Made by a program: the position numbers and the translations under genes
Shown: positions 1-12,429 of the stretch, one piece after another
How the letters are laid out: the number at the start of each line of letters is the position of its first letter
How positions within the stretch are numbered: the stretch's first letter is position 1
Assembly: GCF_018350175.1 (NCBI RefSeq)
Contig: NC_058368.1
Span: forward strand, 183,274,001 to 183,338,000
Source of the DNA: Felis catus
Taxonomy: Eukaryota
Length of the DNA stretch: 64,000 nucleotides
Direction: 5' to 3'
The notes under the pieces: model-generated
Told to the model about the DNA's origin: nothing
The model's input: only the letters and a program-made list of their open reading frames with translations
Database searches by the model: none

Positions 1-59
1 AGGTAGGAAATGATAGGATTTTAAAGCTTGGGAAACTTGAAATATTATTTGCCCAAAAG

Positions 60-155
60 CCTCCATTTTTCAGCTGAGGAATCTGAGACACAAAGAAAAT
101 GTTATTTCTCTAAAAGACCCAACTGACTAACAGTTAAGCCAAGTCTAAAACACCT
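60..155 (-). mobile_element. MIR SINE fragment
   Basis: ccatttttcagctgaggaatctgagac resembles the reverse-complemented MIR core (ccattttacagatgaggaaactgagg). Confidence 0.6.
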
Positions 156-776
156 ACCCAACTAAAATAGATTGTAGTTTTGCTCGTTGTTGTCTATTGG
201 TATTCTTCTGAAATAAAGCAAAAATTTGACATATGACATTTGTTATTTATGACTTTGTTGGCAGTGATGATAAAAACATGTTTAGGTCTTGAATGGCATG
301 TGAATAATATCCTCCTCAAAATATTGACAGTGGTCAAGACATAACTTCAAGTTCAGGTTGATGGGTTTTTAACTATCATGTCATCGAAAGCAGTTGAAGG
401 AGTAAGCTACTTTTATAAGCTTCTATATGTCATACATAAGCATTTAGTTATAATTTTTTTATGGCTCAGTTATCTTTGATTTCTCTTTTCAAACAATGAT
501 TCCATAATATGGCAAAATAGTTTTCTTGACAAATGAGATCCGACACTGAATGTATATTATATTATCCTATCAAGTACAATAGTAAAAACAACCATAAAAT
601 ACACTGAAGTCTGATTATGATTTCTAGAAGAACTGATGTATTTTTCAACTCACTTTGCTCTCCAGACACTTTGCACAAACACTGACATGAAGCAGGTATT
701 TAAATTATAGGTATTTTTTTCAAGCATATTCTTTTCTATCTGCTTTTAAGTATTTAATTACATTATAATTACATTA

Positions 777-885
777 TGTGTGTGTGTATATATATATTAT
801 ATATTATAATATATTATATGTATATATATATATATATACATTGTGTGTGTATATATAATATATATATACACATAAATATATATAA
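777..885. repeat. (TG)n/(TA)n compound microsatellite
   Basis: Directly visible dinucleotide runs. Confidence 0.9.
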
Positions 886-1669
886 TTAATGAATCAATCT
901 CGGAAAATAATTTGCTCTCCTAGGTATAATTGGAGATCAACATAGAAAGAATTAAAAATAATAATAAAGGTACATGAATGGGTAAATATAAAAGGTTGAA
1001 AGAAAGAAAGAATATTTCTAGCAGACTTGTCATCCTGTAAATTTTATTTGCAATGTTAAGTCAAAGCAGAAAACAATAACATTAACTCAAGTATGTTAAT
1101 TACTAACTATAATAAGAGGGAATTGGTGGAAAGGAATTTCAAAGGTTTTATTTTTCCCTTTAAAATTTTATTTTATTTCTTAAATGATGGAGAAAATGTA
1201 CCAACTATTTATTCTTAGTTATACTGGGTATTTAATATTGATCAATGGCAAGTTTCAGTTATTATTTTTTCCATACTCAAAACCCTAATTGTAGAAGTCA
1301 AGCATGTCAGATAGAAGCTTTTTATTTTTTAAAGCAGGGGAGAGAAAAAGGACATGGGATCTTTGGAGAAGAATTGTTCACAGATCCATCTTTGTAACAA
1401 GAACAAAGATTAATCTTACCAAATTGCGATGATGTGATGGGAACCAAGAGAGCACCTCTGAACAAATTTCAAAGGAACTCAAGAAGCTGACCAAAAACGG
1501 CACTTTAATAAGGCTTGGAGTTCCCAAGAACCAAGAGAGAGCTGTGGTTCATATCAGAGCACAAGCTGAATCTGTCAGTGTCAACAATAGCATAGAGATG
1601 AACGACGCTGGGGCTGGAACATGGTTAGGTTGGCACGATGGTCCCACAATTAACTGTGTCTTTTCAAGT

Positions 1670-1815
1670 TCCTTATCCTACATCTTAGTTTTCTCCCCTG
1701 TAAGAGGGAAACAAGAATGGTTACCCTAAAAGTTCAACAGGAGCGTTCAAGGAGACAATATATGAAAGGTCTCAATAGTGTCCCTGATCTGTGATAGGAG
1801 CTTAATTAAGTGATT
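1670..1815 (+). mobile_element. MIR SINE fragment
   Basis: cttagttttctcccctgtaagagggaaac followed by a degenerate MIR 3' region. Confidence 0.5.
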
Positions 1816-2293
1816 AAAATTAGAATTGATATCAAAGAAGAGAACAGGGATTGTAATGATCATGTGGAAAAACAATCTACGAGCAAGAGAAGTAATCCTG
1901 CCGCCAAAACTAGCATTTGAAATAGGGATAATCTACAATAATATTGAAAGACATTTACAAAAAGTTCATTTCTGCAGAAGTTTTGTCAATCTGACAGGGA
2001 AACCTATATGCTAAGTTTCTTCTGAAATCTCACAAAAAGAAAAAAAAAACTCTGGAAAATCAATTTTGACAATATACAGTGATTTTCTGATGCCAGTTAT
2101 TTTACATGAAAAAATATGTACTTTGTACAAATGTTTGAGACAATTTATTAACTTAGCAGAAATATTTTTTTTCCATTCAGAATGGGAAAAATGGAACTCA
2201 TATTACTAAATTATAATAAGCATGTAGACAATTTTGCAAGTCAGTATTATAAAAAACAAACAAGACAGCTCCAGTAAAGAATACAGATCTGGT

Positions 2294-2979
2294 ACTGAAA
2301 CATATTAGTTTGATAATGATAGGGAAAGTGTATCATTAGATTAATTGAGCAATTAGAAAAGCTCACAGCTGCACTTTTTGAGCACAGGAGAAAACATTCA
2401 CTTCCTTATTCGGAAGATATTTGAAAGAATATTCAAATGCCTGCAAATAATATCTACCCTCATAGAAACTAATCTCATATGCCTTACTAAACAAAAAAGA
2501 AGAGAAAAGAAGGAAAGAAATAACAACTCCCTTTGAGAATAACAAGATTTTTGATTTGTATTTTGCCTGATGGGAGACACAAGGCTATAACCCTGCCACC
2601 TCATTAGTTGTTCAATTATGAAAACGGTAATAAATATCTTACAAGTAAACTAAAGATATGCATATAAAGGTACAAGCATACAACACATTTTTGTGTATGA
2701 TTATGAATAAAGAAATATAAAATTAAGATTATAAAAACAGGACCTTGATTATTATCTAGAAGAGCTTAGTTTCTTAGAATATAAGGCCTTTTTTCATCAA
2801 CCTTCACAATAAATATCAAATGAATATATGTTTCTGTAAATACCATTTTTAGAAAGTTTATGGTCTGCCTCATTAACACAGACACACCAAATGTGTTGTC
2901 AAAGGTGCAGCTGTGAATTTTTCTAATTATCTAATTAATCTAATAATACGTTTCTCCTACCATTTTCAAACTGAAACAT
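2294..2979. repeat. Long inverted repeat (arms 2307-2378 and 2901-2972) flanked by direct repeat actgaaacat
   Basis: Hand alignment of arm 1 with the reverse complement of arm 2 gives 58/72 ungapped identity; actgaaacat at 2294-2303 and 2970-2979. Confidence 0.85.
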
Positions 2980-3844
2980 TCCTACACTTAATAATATCTA
3001 AAAGAAGAATCTTGGTTGTTTCAATCAATTATTAGTAGAATTGCAGCAGAAGCCTCATTTCTGGAAGACTCATATTCATAGTGGTAATCTGGGAGTCTTA
3101 TTTTTTATCTTAAAATTAAAGTAGAGGAAACTTTCTCTAATTTGCTAAAAATCTCAATCATCTACTACATTGTATGTACTTCTGTGTGTGTTAGAGGTGA
3201 AAATTTGTTTTCTGAGAAGATAATAAAAAGTTTGATGAAGTTAGTATAGTTCTTGAAAAAATCCATGAAGAGAAACATATGTTTGAAAGTAAACATTAGA
3301 GTTACAAGTAAATATTCCTTCAAATAATTTACTAACAGTTATTGAGGTCTAACAACTAAATACTCCCTGATGTATTTCTCCTCATCAAAGCACCTTTATA
3401 ATTCTTATATTAATATATTTTATTTGACAACATCTTGGCCTAGCTTCCTTTTCTCCCCAAGGGCATGGTTCAGTTTGTTGACCTATGCTTTACCTGAATG
3501 CAATATTAGAAGATGTGTTTCATAAAGAGAAAGTACATGGAAAATAATGATTCTCTTTGTAAGGTTATAAGGAAAGATGTTCCTTATGAGATTTCATGTT
3601 CTGTTTTCCAGACTCAGCTAGATTAGACTTAAAAACTTTTCATTCCTATTTATGAAATTGGTATTTGTTAAGAAAACTCCTCATGAAAATCTATTATGAG
3701 TAAAGTGACATCCTAACGCAAACACGGTGTGTATTTAATGGTATTGAAGCTATGCCAAAACAACGAGTCAAAAAATCCTGGTTTTTTTTTTTCACGGCTC
3801 CTCACCTTGTTTTCTTGCTCTATCATCCTACCAACTTCCTAAAA

Positions 3845-4030
3845 CAGCAGTGTCTGAGCATTGGTATGTATCACAATCACCAGAGAACTTGTTCAAAAAG
3901 CAGATTTCTGCGCCCCGCACACAGGTTTCAAATTCTCTGTAGATGACAGGAAGTGGGGTGGCCAGGGTCTCACATTTAAGTAAGCATTCCAGGTGATGCA
4001 CATGAGGGTGTTCTCAGCACAATGAAATTT
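3845..4030. mobile_element. MER5-like hAT-Charlie non-autonomous DNA transposon
   Basis: cagcagtgtctgagcattggtatgtatcacaatcaccagagaacttgtt...aagcattccaggtgat follows the MER5 pattern. Confidence 0.55.
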
Positions 4031-5919
4031 TGTTTCCAGAACCCATTTCCAAAGTATATTTTCCAAATTATTGAGAGGAAAAAAATAGAGGACACGGAAA
4101 ATACAGATCATGGAGCAGTAATTAAAGTAAATATACAAAATCAAAACTGACTCTCAAAGCATACTGTCCAAGACAAAGATGGAAAACCTCTTCTAAATTT
4201 TCATGCATTTCCAGGGAAAACTAAGAAAATGCAAACCTCCTATCTAACTACCAGTAGTAGAAGGAAAGGCTTATACACTCAGACCATAGTCAGAACTTCT
4301 AAGTCTCTCTTGCTAAGAGAACATTCAGAGGGCATTCTGAGTTGGACCTCATCTGGCCAAGCTCCCCTAGTTCCCCTCTGTAGTTTACATAATCTCCTTA
4401 CTCCTGGCTATACACGCCTCCTCCGGCAAATTCTGAAGGAAGCTTTCAGATCTTGTACAAAGCCTCCCAGATTTATTACCAGTTTTTCTGCAAGGAGTGA
4501 TTCTACTTTCTCAGCCAAATCCCTGCTGAGTTTTGTGGATATTCGTGAAGGATAAATACAGCATGTGCAGGACAAAGAAAATTTGCTCTTCCAATCACCA
4601 AGCTGGATTGCTCAGTTACTGCTGACAGAAGGAGGCAGAAATGATATACTCGTTTGATCATGCCAAACTCTCTCATGCCTCGGCACAGACTTCACAGGCC
4701 AGTTGCCATCTATTAGTATTTTAATCAGGAAGCAGCTCAACTGGGGGAGTTGAACATGAGAGCGATTCCTTTCTTTGCATGTTTCTATCCCTTTATCTAT
4801 TTTGTATCTAATTCTTCTTCTGAATAGACATGTAGACAATATGCAGGAATCCAGATGGCACTGGAAAAGTCACCAAGATGAAGATTCTGTTGCAAATGCT
4901 TATTGTCCCTCCCACGCCCACATGTCCAAGAAAGCTCTAATAGCACTAAGAAAATATGTGATGTTATATACCATTGAAAGGACTGACATTCAAAAAAGAC
5001 AGAAGAAGACTATTCCAATTTAGATACATTCCAAACTTGGTTGGAAAATAAAGATCAAGCGCTGATAATCTCCAAAATCAACCTGGCTGAGTTCATTCTC
5101 TATTCCCCTCAACTCTTCTCTATCTTATTAATTTTCCTCTATTGAATTTAGATTTAGTATACACGTTTTAAGGTTTCTTCTATAGATAGGATCTATAAAA
5201 CAGTCAAACATTTTAGTAAAATAGTCAAAAATTTTAAATGTCAATCTATATTGGGAAAGACAATATTAATTTTGGTGGAAATGCATGAATCAGAATGATT
5301 ATTAATGCTAATCAAATTTTCTTTTCAATATCTTTTGCAACAAATGATATTGCCCTGCTCTGCTTTCTAATTGCTTGCCCACACATGGTTCTATGCACCT
5401 AAATTTATAAGCCTTTCAATTAGTTATTTTCAAATTATTATTAGCTCTAAAAATTAGATTTCAGTGATTTTTAATTACTTTTCTATAAAAAGAAAATATA
5501 TTTAAGAAAAAAAATATTGTTTTATACTATATTCCTTCAAAATTGCTTTTCATTTCATTAAAATACAGAACTAACTTTTCATTAACTTATGCCCTGGAAA
5601 GAATGTAGTTTTCTAAGTGTTTCTTATTTTAGAAAACAGCTTTATTTTGTAAAGCAAGTGATGTGATATATTCTGAACTTTATGTTTTCTTAGTTATTGA
5701 ATCATATTAATATAAGAATTAAATGATTTTCCCCAAACTGGAGTAATAGATACGTATTCTGCTTTGAATTTGAACTTGGGTATGGATTATTAGAAATTCT
5801 CCCAAGTCTTATTCAACACGTTTGCCAAACATGACAAATGTGTGCTTGGATTCTGCTCCTGACATATTCCTTTTTGATCATGGGAAAGTGGTAATTATAG
5901 TTCCATTTTGGATGGAACT

Positions 5920-6628
5920 ATAACTTGGATGCTTTTGGATAAAACTAAGAGAATTTAACTAGAAGTAGTCTACACTGTAAAGTTATTCTCATATAGCTGA
6001 ATCCCTAAAATAGGCAGCCCTCAAATTAACTGAGGCCCTCAATAATGTTAGGCACTGATATTCTCTGGCATTCTCTTGGCTTTTCTCTCACAGTTGAGAA
6101 ACACCTGCAACATTTCCATGCATAAAATTTTTATGTGAAAATGCCCAAATGAAGAAGAAAGAGATGTCTCTCCATTTAGCTTGCTTTCTTTTTCTTTCCT
6201 TCTTTCTTTCTTTTTTCTTTCTTTCTCTTTCCTTCTTTTCTTTCCTTTTCTTTCCTCTTCTCTTCTCCTCTCCTCTCCACTCCTCTCCTCTCCTCTCTTT
6301 TCTTTTAATTTTCTTTTCTTTAATTTTCTTTTCTTTTTAAATCACATAGGGAAATCTTTCCAAAAAGCTGTTGAGTAAGCTTTCTCTTACTCTACTAGGC
6401 TAAGACAGAGTCAGATGACCAGGTCTAAACTCATTCATTGGTGGAGCGGAATGAGGGTAACTATGATTGGATCAAAAAGCAGTTAAAAAATATGATTCAT
6501 CCTTTGTACCTGGGGAGAAGCAACATTCCTAGAGCTCACTGGTATCTAAGTGCTATGTGAATAAATTATGTTAGCAAGGAAGAAGCAAGAAGTAGCTGCC
6601 GTGTAGGTAATTAATAAGATCTGCCACA
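5920..6628 (-). mobile_element. MaLR LTR, MLT1J-like, interrupted by a pyrimidine microsatellite
   Basis: Ends in tctgccaca; internal motifs ctatgattgg and gttagcaaggaagaag resemble reverse MLT1J. Confidence 0.55.
6183..6340. repeat. Polypyrimidine compound microsatellite (TTTC/CCTCT)n
   Basis: Directly visible. Confidence 0.9.
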
Positions 6629-6679
6629 AGCCAACAACTGTGTGTGTGTATGTGTGTGTGTTCACATGTTTAATGAATG

Positions 6680-6880
6680 TACAGGGGTGGAGAAGTATTG
6701 GCATCATGGGTATGACAAATCTTCATTTCCTGGGAATGTCATTATTTCAGGATTTGTAGCATTCATGACCCTCACCACCACAGGGTAGTGTCATCACCTC
6801 CCCACCTCCCTACCTCCCCCTAAAGCCCCTTTCCAAATGTTCCCTGGGTAGCAATATTGTTCTCAGCTGAGAACCATTGG
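6680..6880 (-). mobile_element. MER20-like hAT element
   Basis: ccaaatgttccctggg...ctgagaaccattg resembles the reverse MER20 end. Confidence 0.5.
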
Positions 6881-6954
6881 AATTGGATATCATCCTATTT
6901 ACATTCTGGGTATATTTTAAAGGAAGAGGAACTGATTTAGAAACTAATAGATCT

Positions 6955-7160
6955 AGGGCACCTGGGTGGCTCAGTCAATGAAGCTTCTGACCAGCTCACA
7001 TCATGATCTCACGGTTGGGAGTTTGAGCCCCTATTGGGCTTTCTGCTTGCAGTACAGAGCCCCCTTCAGACCCTCTGTCTCCCCACCTCTCTCTCTCTGC
7101 TCCTCCCCACTGCACTCTCTCCCACTCTCTCTCAAAAATAAATAAACATTTTTTTTAAAT
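6955..7160 (+). mobile_element. CanSINE (SINEC_Fc-type)
   Basis: gggcacctgggtggctcag head, (CT)n, aataaa tail; TSD aaactaatagat at 6941-6952 and 7161-7172. Confidence 0.95.
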
Positions 7161-7696
7161 AAACTAATAGATTCTTCTTAAGGTGGAATATCATAGAATG
7201 TTTGAAATTAAGGTGTGGCAATTCTCACAGTATACTATATTTTATCGCATGTTTATGAACATTCTCACTGTTATGAGGTCTTTGACGTAAATTATGTTTT
7301 CATCCCCACAAAAGTATGTAGAGATTTTATTCACATACACATGCACAAATATTTGGTGAAGACAAAAGGCTTTAAAGTTCAACACTGAACTTAAAAAGTA
7401 CACAGATTCATCCAAGTTTCTACACATTGCTGCATTCCTCTAAAATGAGGATGATTATACCAAATTTAGTGTTATCCTCAGGATTAGGTGAGATCATATA
7501 TGTGAAACACCAAAAACATCTAGAAGATACTAAATATTTACAAAAAATTCTAGCCCATATTTAAACACCCATAATTAGCAAGACAACTAGGTTCATCCTT
7601 TGAATCTTGTCCCAAAACATATTACTCATTTTTCTGTTTTTCATGGAAAAGAGTAGCATCAAGGTTAACTATCTATGAAAATCACCTTCTAGAACA

Positions 7697-7900
7697 AAGA
7701 CTGGTAAACAGCAGTCATCAGATCAAATCTCACCTGCTGCTTGTTTTTGTAAATAAAGTTTTATTGGAACACATCTCTACCTATTCATTTACTATTGTCT
7801 AGCTGCTTTGAGAATACCAGCTGAACAGTTGCAACAGAGTTTGTAAGGTTTGCAAAGCTGAAAATATTTAATATCTGGCTATTTATTTGAAAAGTTCACT
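7697..7900. mobile_element. MER58A-like hAT element
   Basis: gtttttgtaaataaagttttattggaacaca...aaaatatttaatatctggc. Confidence 0.75.
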
Positions 7901-7905
7901 TTTTT

Positions 7906-8105
7906 TAGAAAGAAAGAAAGGAAGAAAGAACAAAGAAACAAAGAAACAAAGAGGAAGAGAGAGAGGGAGGGAGGGAGGGAGGGAGGGAGGGAGGAAGGAA
8001 GGAAGGAAGGAAGGAAGGAAGGAAGGAAGGAAGGAAGGAAAGAAGGAAGGGATGGAGGGTAGGAAAAAAAGAAAAAGAAAACAGGAGGGAAAGAAGCAAA
8101 AGAAA
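7906..8105. repeat. Polypurine (GGGA)n/(GGAA)n microsatellite
   Basis: Directly visible. Confidence 0.95.
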
Positions 8106-10524
8106 ATCCTTTGTTAACTTCTGCAGAGCCTAGGAAACTTTATCTGGTGACTTCATTGACTTCACTATTTTATTTCATGTTGTTTCACCTCAACCTATTT
8201 CTTTATCTGAACTGTGTTCTTTATTTAGTTCAGCTATACTCTTTCCATTTAAACTTGCACTTGGAAATTATTAGTTTAAGTAGTCTTTAGATTTTATAGC
8301 ATGAAACAGGTCATTAGCAATTGTTTTTGTGCCAGCCCTTTTCTCTTTAATATTAAAAGGTAAATATGCTATCAAGACATTTCCAGTGTCATTAAGACTC
8401 ACCAGCAAATACTGTCTCTGGTAAAATTAACCTCTATTAATACATTCACAAAATAGATCATGAATCCTTTTGTACTTTTCCAGCATCTGTCTACACAAGT
8501 TTTAGTTTAATTCTGTGCTGTTGACAATGTTTTCTTTTTAAATTAGCCTATCTATATCTCTATATAGACATAAGCCTAACAATATCTATATATATAGATA
8601 TACACAGAAAATATTAAGCCACACCTGACATATTTTTATTATTTGGTAAGAGATACAGCGCCTTAAAGAGGAGACAAATACTAGAACTTAGTTTCTAAAT
8701 TTGGCCTTGCCAATACATCTTACAAATTGCATTCAGTGATGGATAACCCACATTTTCTTTGACTTGTCAATATTTAGATATGATGTGTGGTGGCCATTTA
8801 CACAGTTTTTCCTTATCAATTTCAAACTCTGTCTCTTGGTGTCATATTTTGTCATCAGGAAATACGGCCTAGCATGGTAGATTGCAAGTTCATCCCATAG
8901 GTACTAACTCTGCAGAGGCCAAAAAACTCTGTGAGCTGATCTCAGATAGGGATGTATGGCTTTATTTGCAAATAACTGACTATATGCCAGGGCTAGGGAT
9001 AAAGAGTAAATAACTTGTTTTGTATAAATCCTGCCTACTGATGAGCCAATATCAGTTTTCCAAACACTTTCTACCTCAGAACACAGAAGGATAACAGCCA
9101 AGTAAGAGAGTTTATTTAAAAGATTGCCATAAATAGCAGTGTTTGAGATTTAAACATCCAGCTACCTTCACTCTGAATTCCTCTGGGTTCTCATTTCCAT
9201 TAAATCTAACTTTTCTGAAGATTAGTTTAGATTAAATCCTAGGATTGGCATTTAAGACACCTGTCCAAGACTGTACTTAATAAACGATTCAATCCCTCCC
9301 TTTGGCATTACTAGAATTCATCTCATCTCATGCAGTAAACAGCAAACATACCAAATAAATTCACCATGTGTTTGCTTAGTTCTGGAACAGAGAGTTGCAC
9401 AAAGATGCAATCCACAAATCTTGTTATTTGGACAGAGTGCTTTAAGCTGATGATTGAGTTACCTAGTGACATCAAGTACCCATTTACTGGCAGGTGTTAG
9501 AATCCACATTAATGACAGGGCTTGTGACAGGAGGCCCACAGAGCAGAAATTCCTGTACCCAGATGCCCATCTGAAATTTGGCCTGGCTTCCAGACCTGCC
9601 TTAACTGAGCCCACGTGGAATTCAGCAGTAGACAACACTCGCAACTCTGCCCACTCACCCCTCCCTGGGGAGAACGGAAAGAGCTGCTCTATCTTACATG
9701 CTGGGAGTTAGAAGCACTGAACTTGAAGAATTGGTATGAAAACAAAAACAAAAAAAAGAGTATCACTGATTTTTTCTAATGAGGCACTCTTAATTTTGCT
9801 CTGTCTCTTTTATTCATTTCACTTTGATTTGTTATACTTATCCTCATGGTAAGCTTCTAAGTTGAAGATAACTCTCAAATGTAGACTCGTAATCAGACAG
9901 ATTTGGGATTCATATTTGGGTAGAAGACTTGTCTTTTTCTGTTGCTCGGAAGGTGGCCTGGACCTCATGTCCCTCATTTATAAAGAGAAAAGGTTGCATT
10001 ATGTCTTCTGTAAAGTCTGCTTTTAAAGCTAATATTCTACCAGCGTTGTTTTGTTTTTCCCCCTGCCTCATATAGAATAGTGCTATTTCTGCTTTCACTT
10101 TCCAAACACTTCTCCATAGCCCCAAAAGAGCTTTGCCACCTGGTCCTTGCCTGCTCCTCAAGATCACTTCTCACTTACTCCCTATCCTCACTCCACTCCA
10201 ACCAATCACAGTGGCTTTGCTACTGCTTTCTCACGTTATTGGCATGTGTACTTTCCTCTACCTAGAATGCTTCACTCCACAATTTCCCTCAGAGATATAT
10301 GTCCCGACCAGCAATCTATCTTTGTTAAAGTCATCTGAAAGGACAGCTCTAAGAAAAGGATTCAAGTAAATGTTCATGTGGGAGGTAAAACACTGGAACT
10401 GGAGTAAGGAAGTGATATAGACAAAGAACAGAGTCACTAAGGACAATGTGATTGGGCCAGCTACCACTGTGGGCCAGTGGAGCTCAATCCCACAGTAAAA
10501 TTCTTGAAAATAGTGTAGAACACA

Positions 10525-11772
10525 CAGTGAAACCTTGGTTTTCGAGCATAATTCATTACAGAAACATGCTTGTAATCCAAAGCACTTGTGTGCCAAAGTC
10601 AATTTCCCCCAAAGAAATAATGGAAACTCAGGTAATTTGTTCCACAACCCAAAAACATTCATATAAAACTGATTAAAGTACTGTAATATAATATAAAATA
10701 ATAAAGAAAATCTAAAATATAAAGAAAAATAAACAAATTAACCTGCACTTACCTTTGAAACCCTTCATGGCTGGTGTGAGAGGGAGACAAGACAGAGGAA
10801 GATTATTGTGTAGGACGACTTTCAGTATCACTAACAGAATCACTGCTGTCTGTTGGCTCAATGGAATCTTTTTCTTTTCCTGCAACTTTAATAAGGAACC
10901 TATCCAATGACACTTCCTTTTGCCCCCTTTTGAGGATTTCATGGAAATGTGACATTGCATTGTCATTAAACAGATTTATCCCTCGCACTGCTACAGCCTT
11001 ATTCAGTGGTGCTTTCAACAAAATTTTGCACTGTTTCCCGCATTTGACACATCTCCCTAATCTCATTTGAAGTGAGGGATTCTTCTGCCTTTTTCTCCTC
11101 CCCCTCTGCAGATGAGATGCTGATATAGACTTCTTATAAAATCTGGCAATTTCGGCCACTCGCATACCTCAATCATACTTCTCAATGATTTCCTTCTGAA
11201 CTCCCACTGTAATCATCTCCTTCTTACTGCCTTCCTTTTCAACTTTGTCCTGCATGGGGACCACTGTATATGCTTGCATGGATGATGACTACAGTGCAGT
11301 ATTAATAAACTCTTGTCATATACTGTATTTAATGTAACTAGCAATAAGTCAGCAGAGGAAAGGGTCTCTAACTGCAGGCAGACTGACCTAGAATGAAGCA
11401 AAGCATTCCTAGGCTTGTCTTGTACGGAAAAGCAAAGACTGCCCATAGGTGCTTTGAAGTGACAAAAAAAATACACTAGTGCTGGTTGTGGACACCTTCC
11501 AACATTCTGAAAAATCACTAATTTCTGCCACACACTGCGGCCTGAGACCGACCATCTGAGCATGGGAGACAATCACCCATAATCCCATAGAGAGAGAGAG
11601 AGAAAGGAGAGAAAGAGAGAGAACATTGGCTGGGTTGTGATCATGTGATGTTCAGCATTACTACTCATATTGCAAGACTTCATTCATTTATCAAGTTAAA
11701 ACATATTAGAAATGTTTGCTTGTCTTGCAGAACACTTGCAGAACAAGTTACTCGCAATCCAAGGTTTTACTC
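10525..11772 (-). mobile_element. TcMar-Tigger (pogo-like) DNA transposon, internally deleted
   Basis: TIRs cagtgaaaccttggttttcgag and ctcgcaatccaaggttttactc; TA at 11773-11774; transposase remnants on the minus strand. Confidence 0.9.
10803..11255 (-). pseudogene. Tigger transposase remnant: N-terminal HTH joined to the C-terminal tail, DDE core missing
   Basis: MQDKVEKEGSKKEMITVGVQKEIIEKYD*GMRVAEIARFYKKS, then with frameshifts EEKKAEESLTSNEIREMC...NKAVAVRGINLFNDNAMSHFHEILKRGQKEVSLDRFLIKV. Confidence 0.85.
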
Positions 11773-12429
11773 TACTTTGGAATTATCCTTCATTAGGGCT
11801 GAGGAAGCTGGGAATGGTTGTAGACTAAGTCCTAAAAGTCCCTGGTTGATGGCTATTCTGGGAAGTATTAAATCTCGTCCACTTCAGTTCCGCCAAGTTC
11901 CAAACCACCACAATCTTCTATTGGCTCCAGAAAAAGCCTACATACAAAGACATGCAAGCACAAGTAGTTGGAGCCTGGCCTGAGCCTATTGAAGAGATCA
12001 TGCCCAAAGGCTACATGCAGGGTCCTGACAACGTCTGCTCTCTGCTATCTAAAATAGCATTTTCTCCTTCAACCATTTTCTGCTCACCTGTTTTTCTTTA
12101 TCCTTATATCATTTACCACTTTCCAAGGTTATGTTACATATTCATTTATTTATTTTGATAGGCAATTTATTACAGCACTTACAAGAATAAACCCCAAATC
12201 TAGGTTGTCCAGCTTTGAGACCCAGGCCACCATGCTACTTTTTTTTTTTTTTTTTTTGGCCTGGTCATTGTTATCCTCAAAGTTCAGCAAAATAAGACAA
12301 CAGTTGCTCAATATAAACTTGCTAGTAAAAATCTGAATGAAAAATACTCCTTCCAAGAATTCCATTTCAAACCACTATTTTTTACCCTATTTCCCTTCCA
12401 AGAAAAACAACTCATCTTCAACTAATTGT

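Larger units (their letters stand above)
10325..12042 (-). mobile_element. LTR16/LTR33-like ERVL solo LTR split by the Tigger insertion (pieces ~10325-10524 and 11775-12042)
   Basis: ccagctaccactgtgggccagtggagctcaatccca...gtgtagaacaca resumes after the Tigger as ctttggaattatcc...gaggaagctggg...ggttgatggct. Confidence 0.6.

Noticed and set aside
4775..5023. 82-aa ORF with coding-like composition
   Set aside because: No recognisable homology, no convincing splice pair, no poly(A)/TSD of a retrocopy
10747..10881. Strong minus-strand donor AAG|gtaagt with an acceptor giving a 127-nt exon
   Set aside because: Lies wholly within the Tigger transposon; no evidence of exonisation
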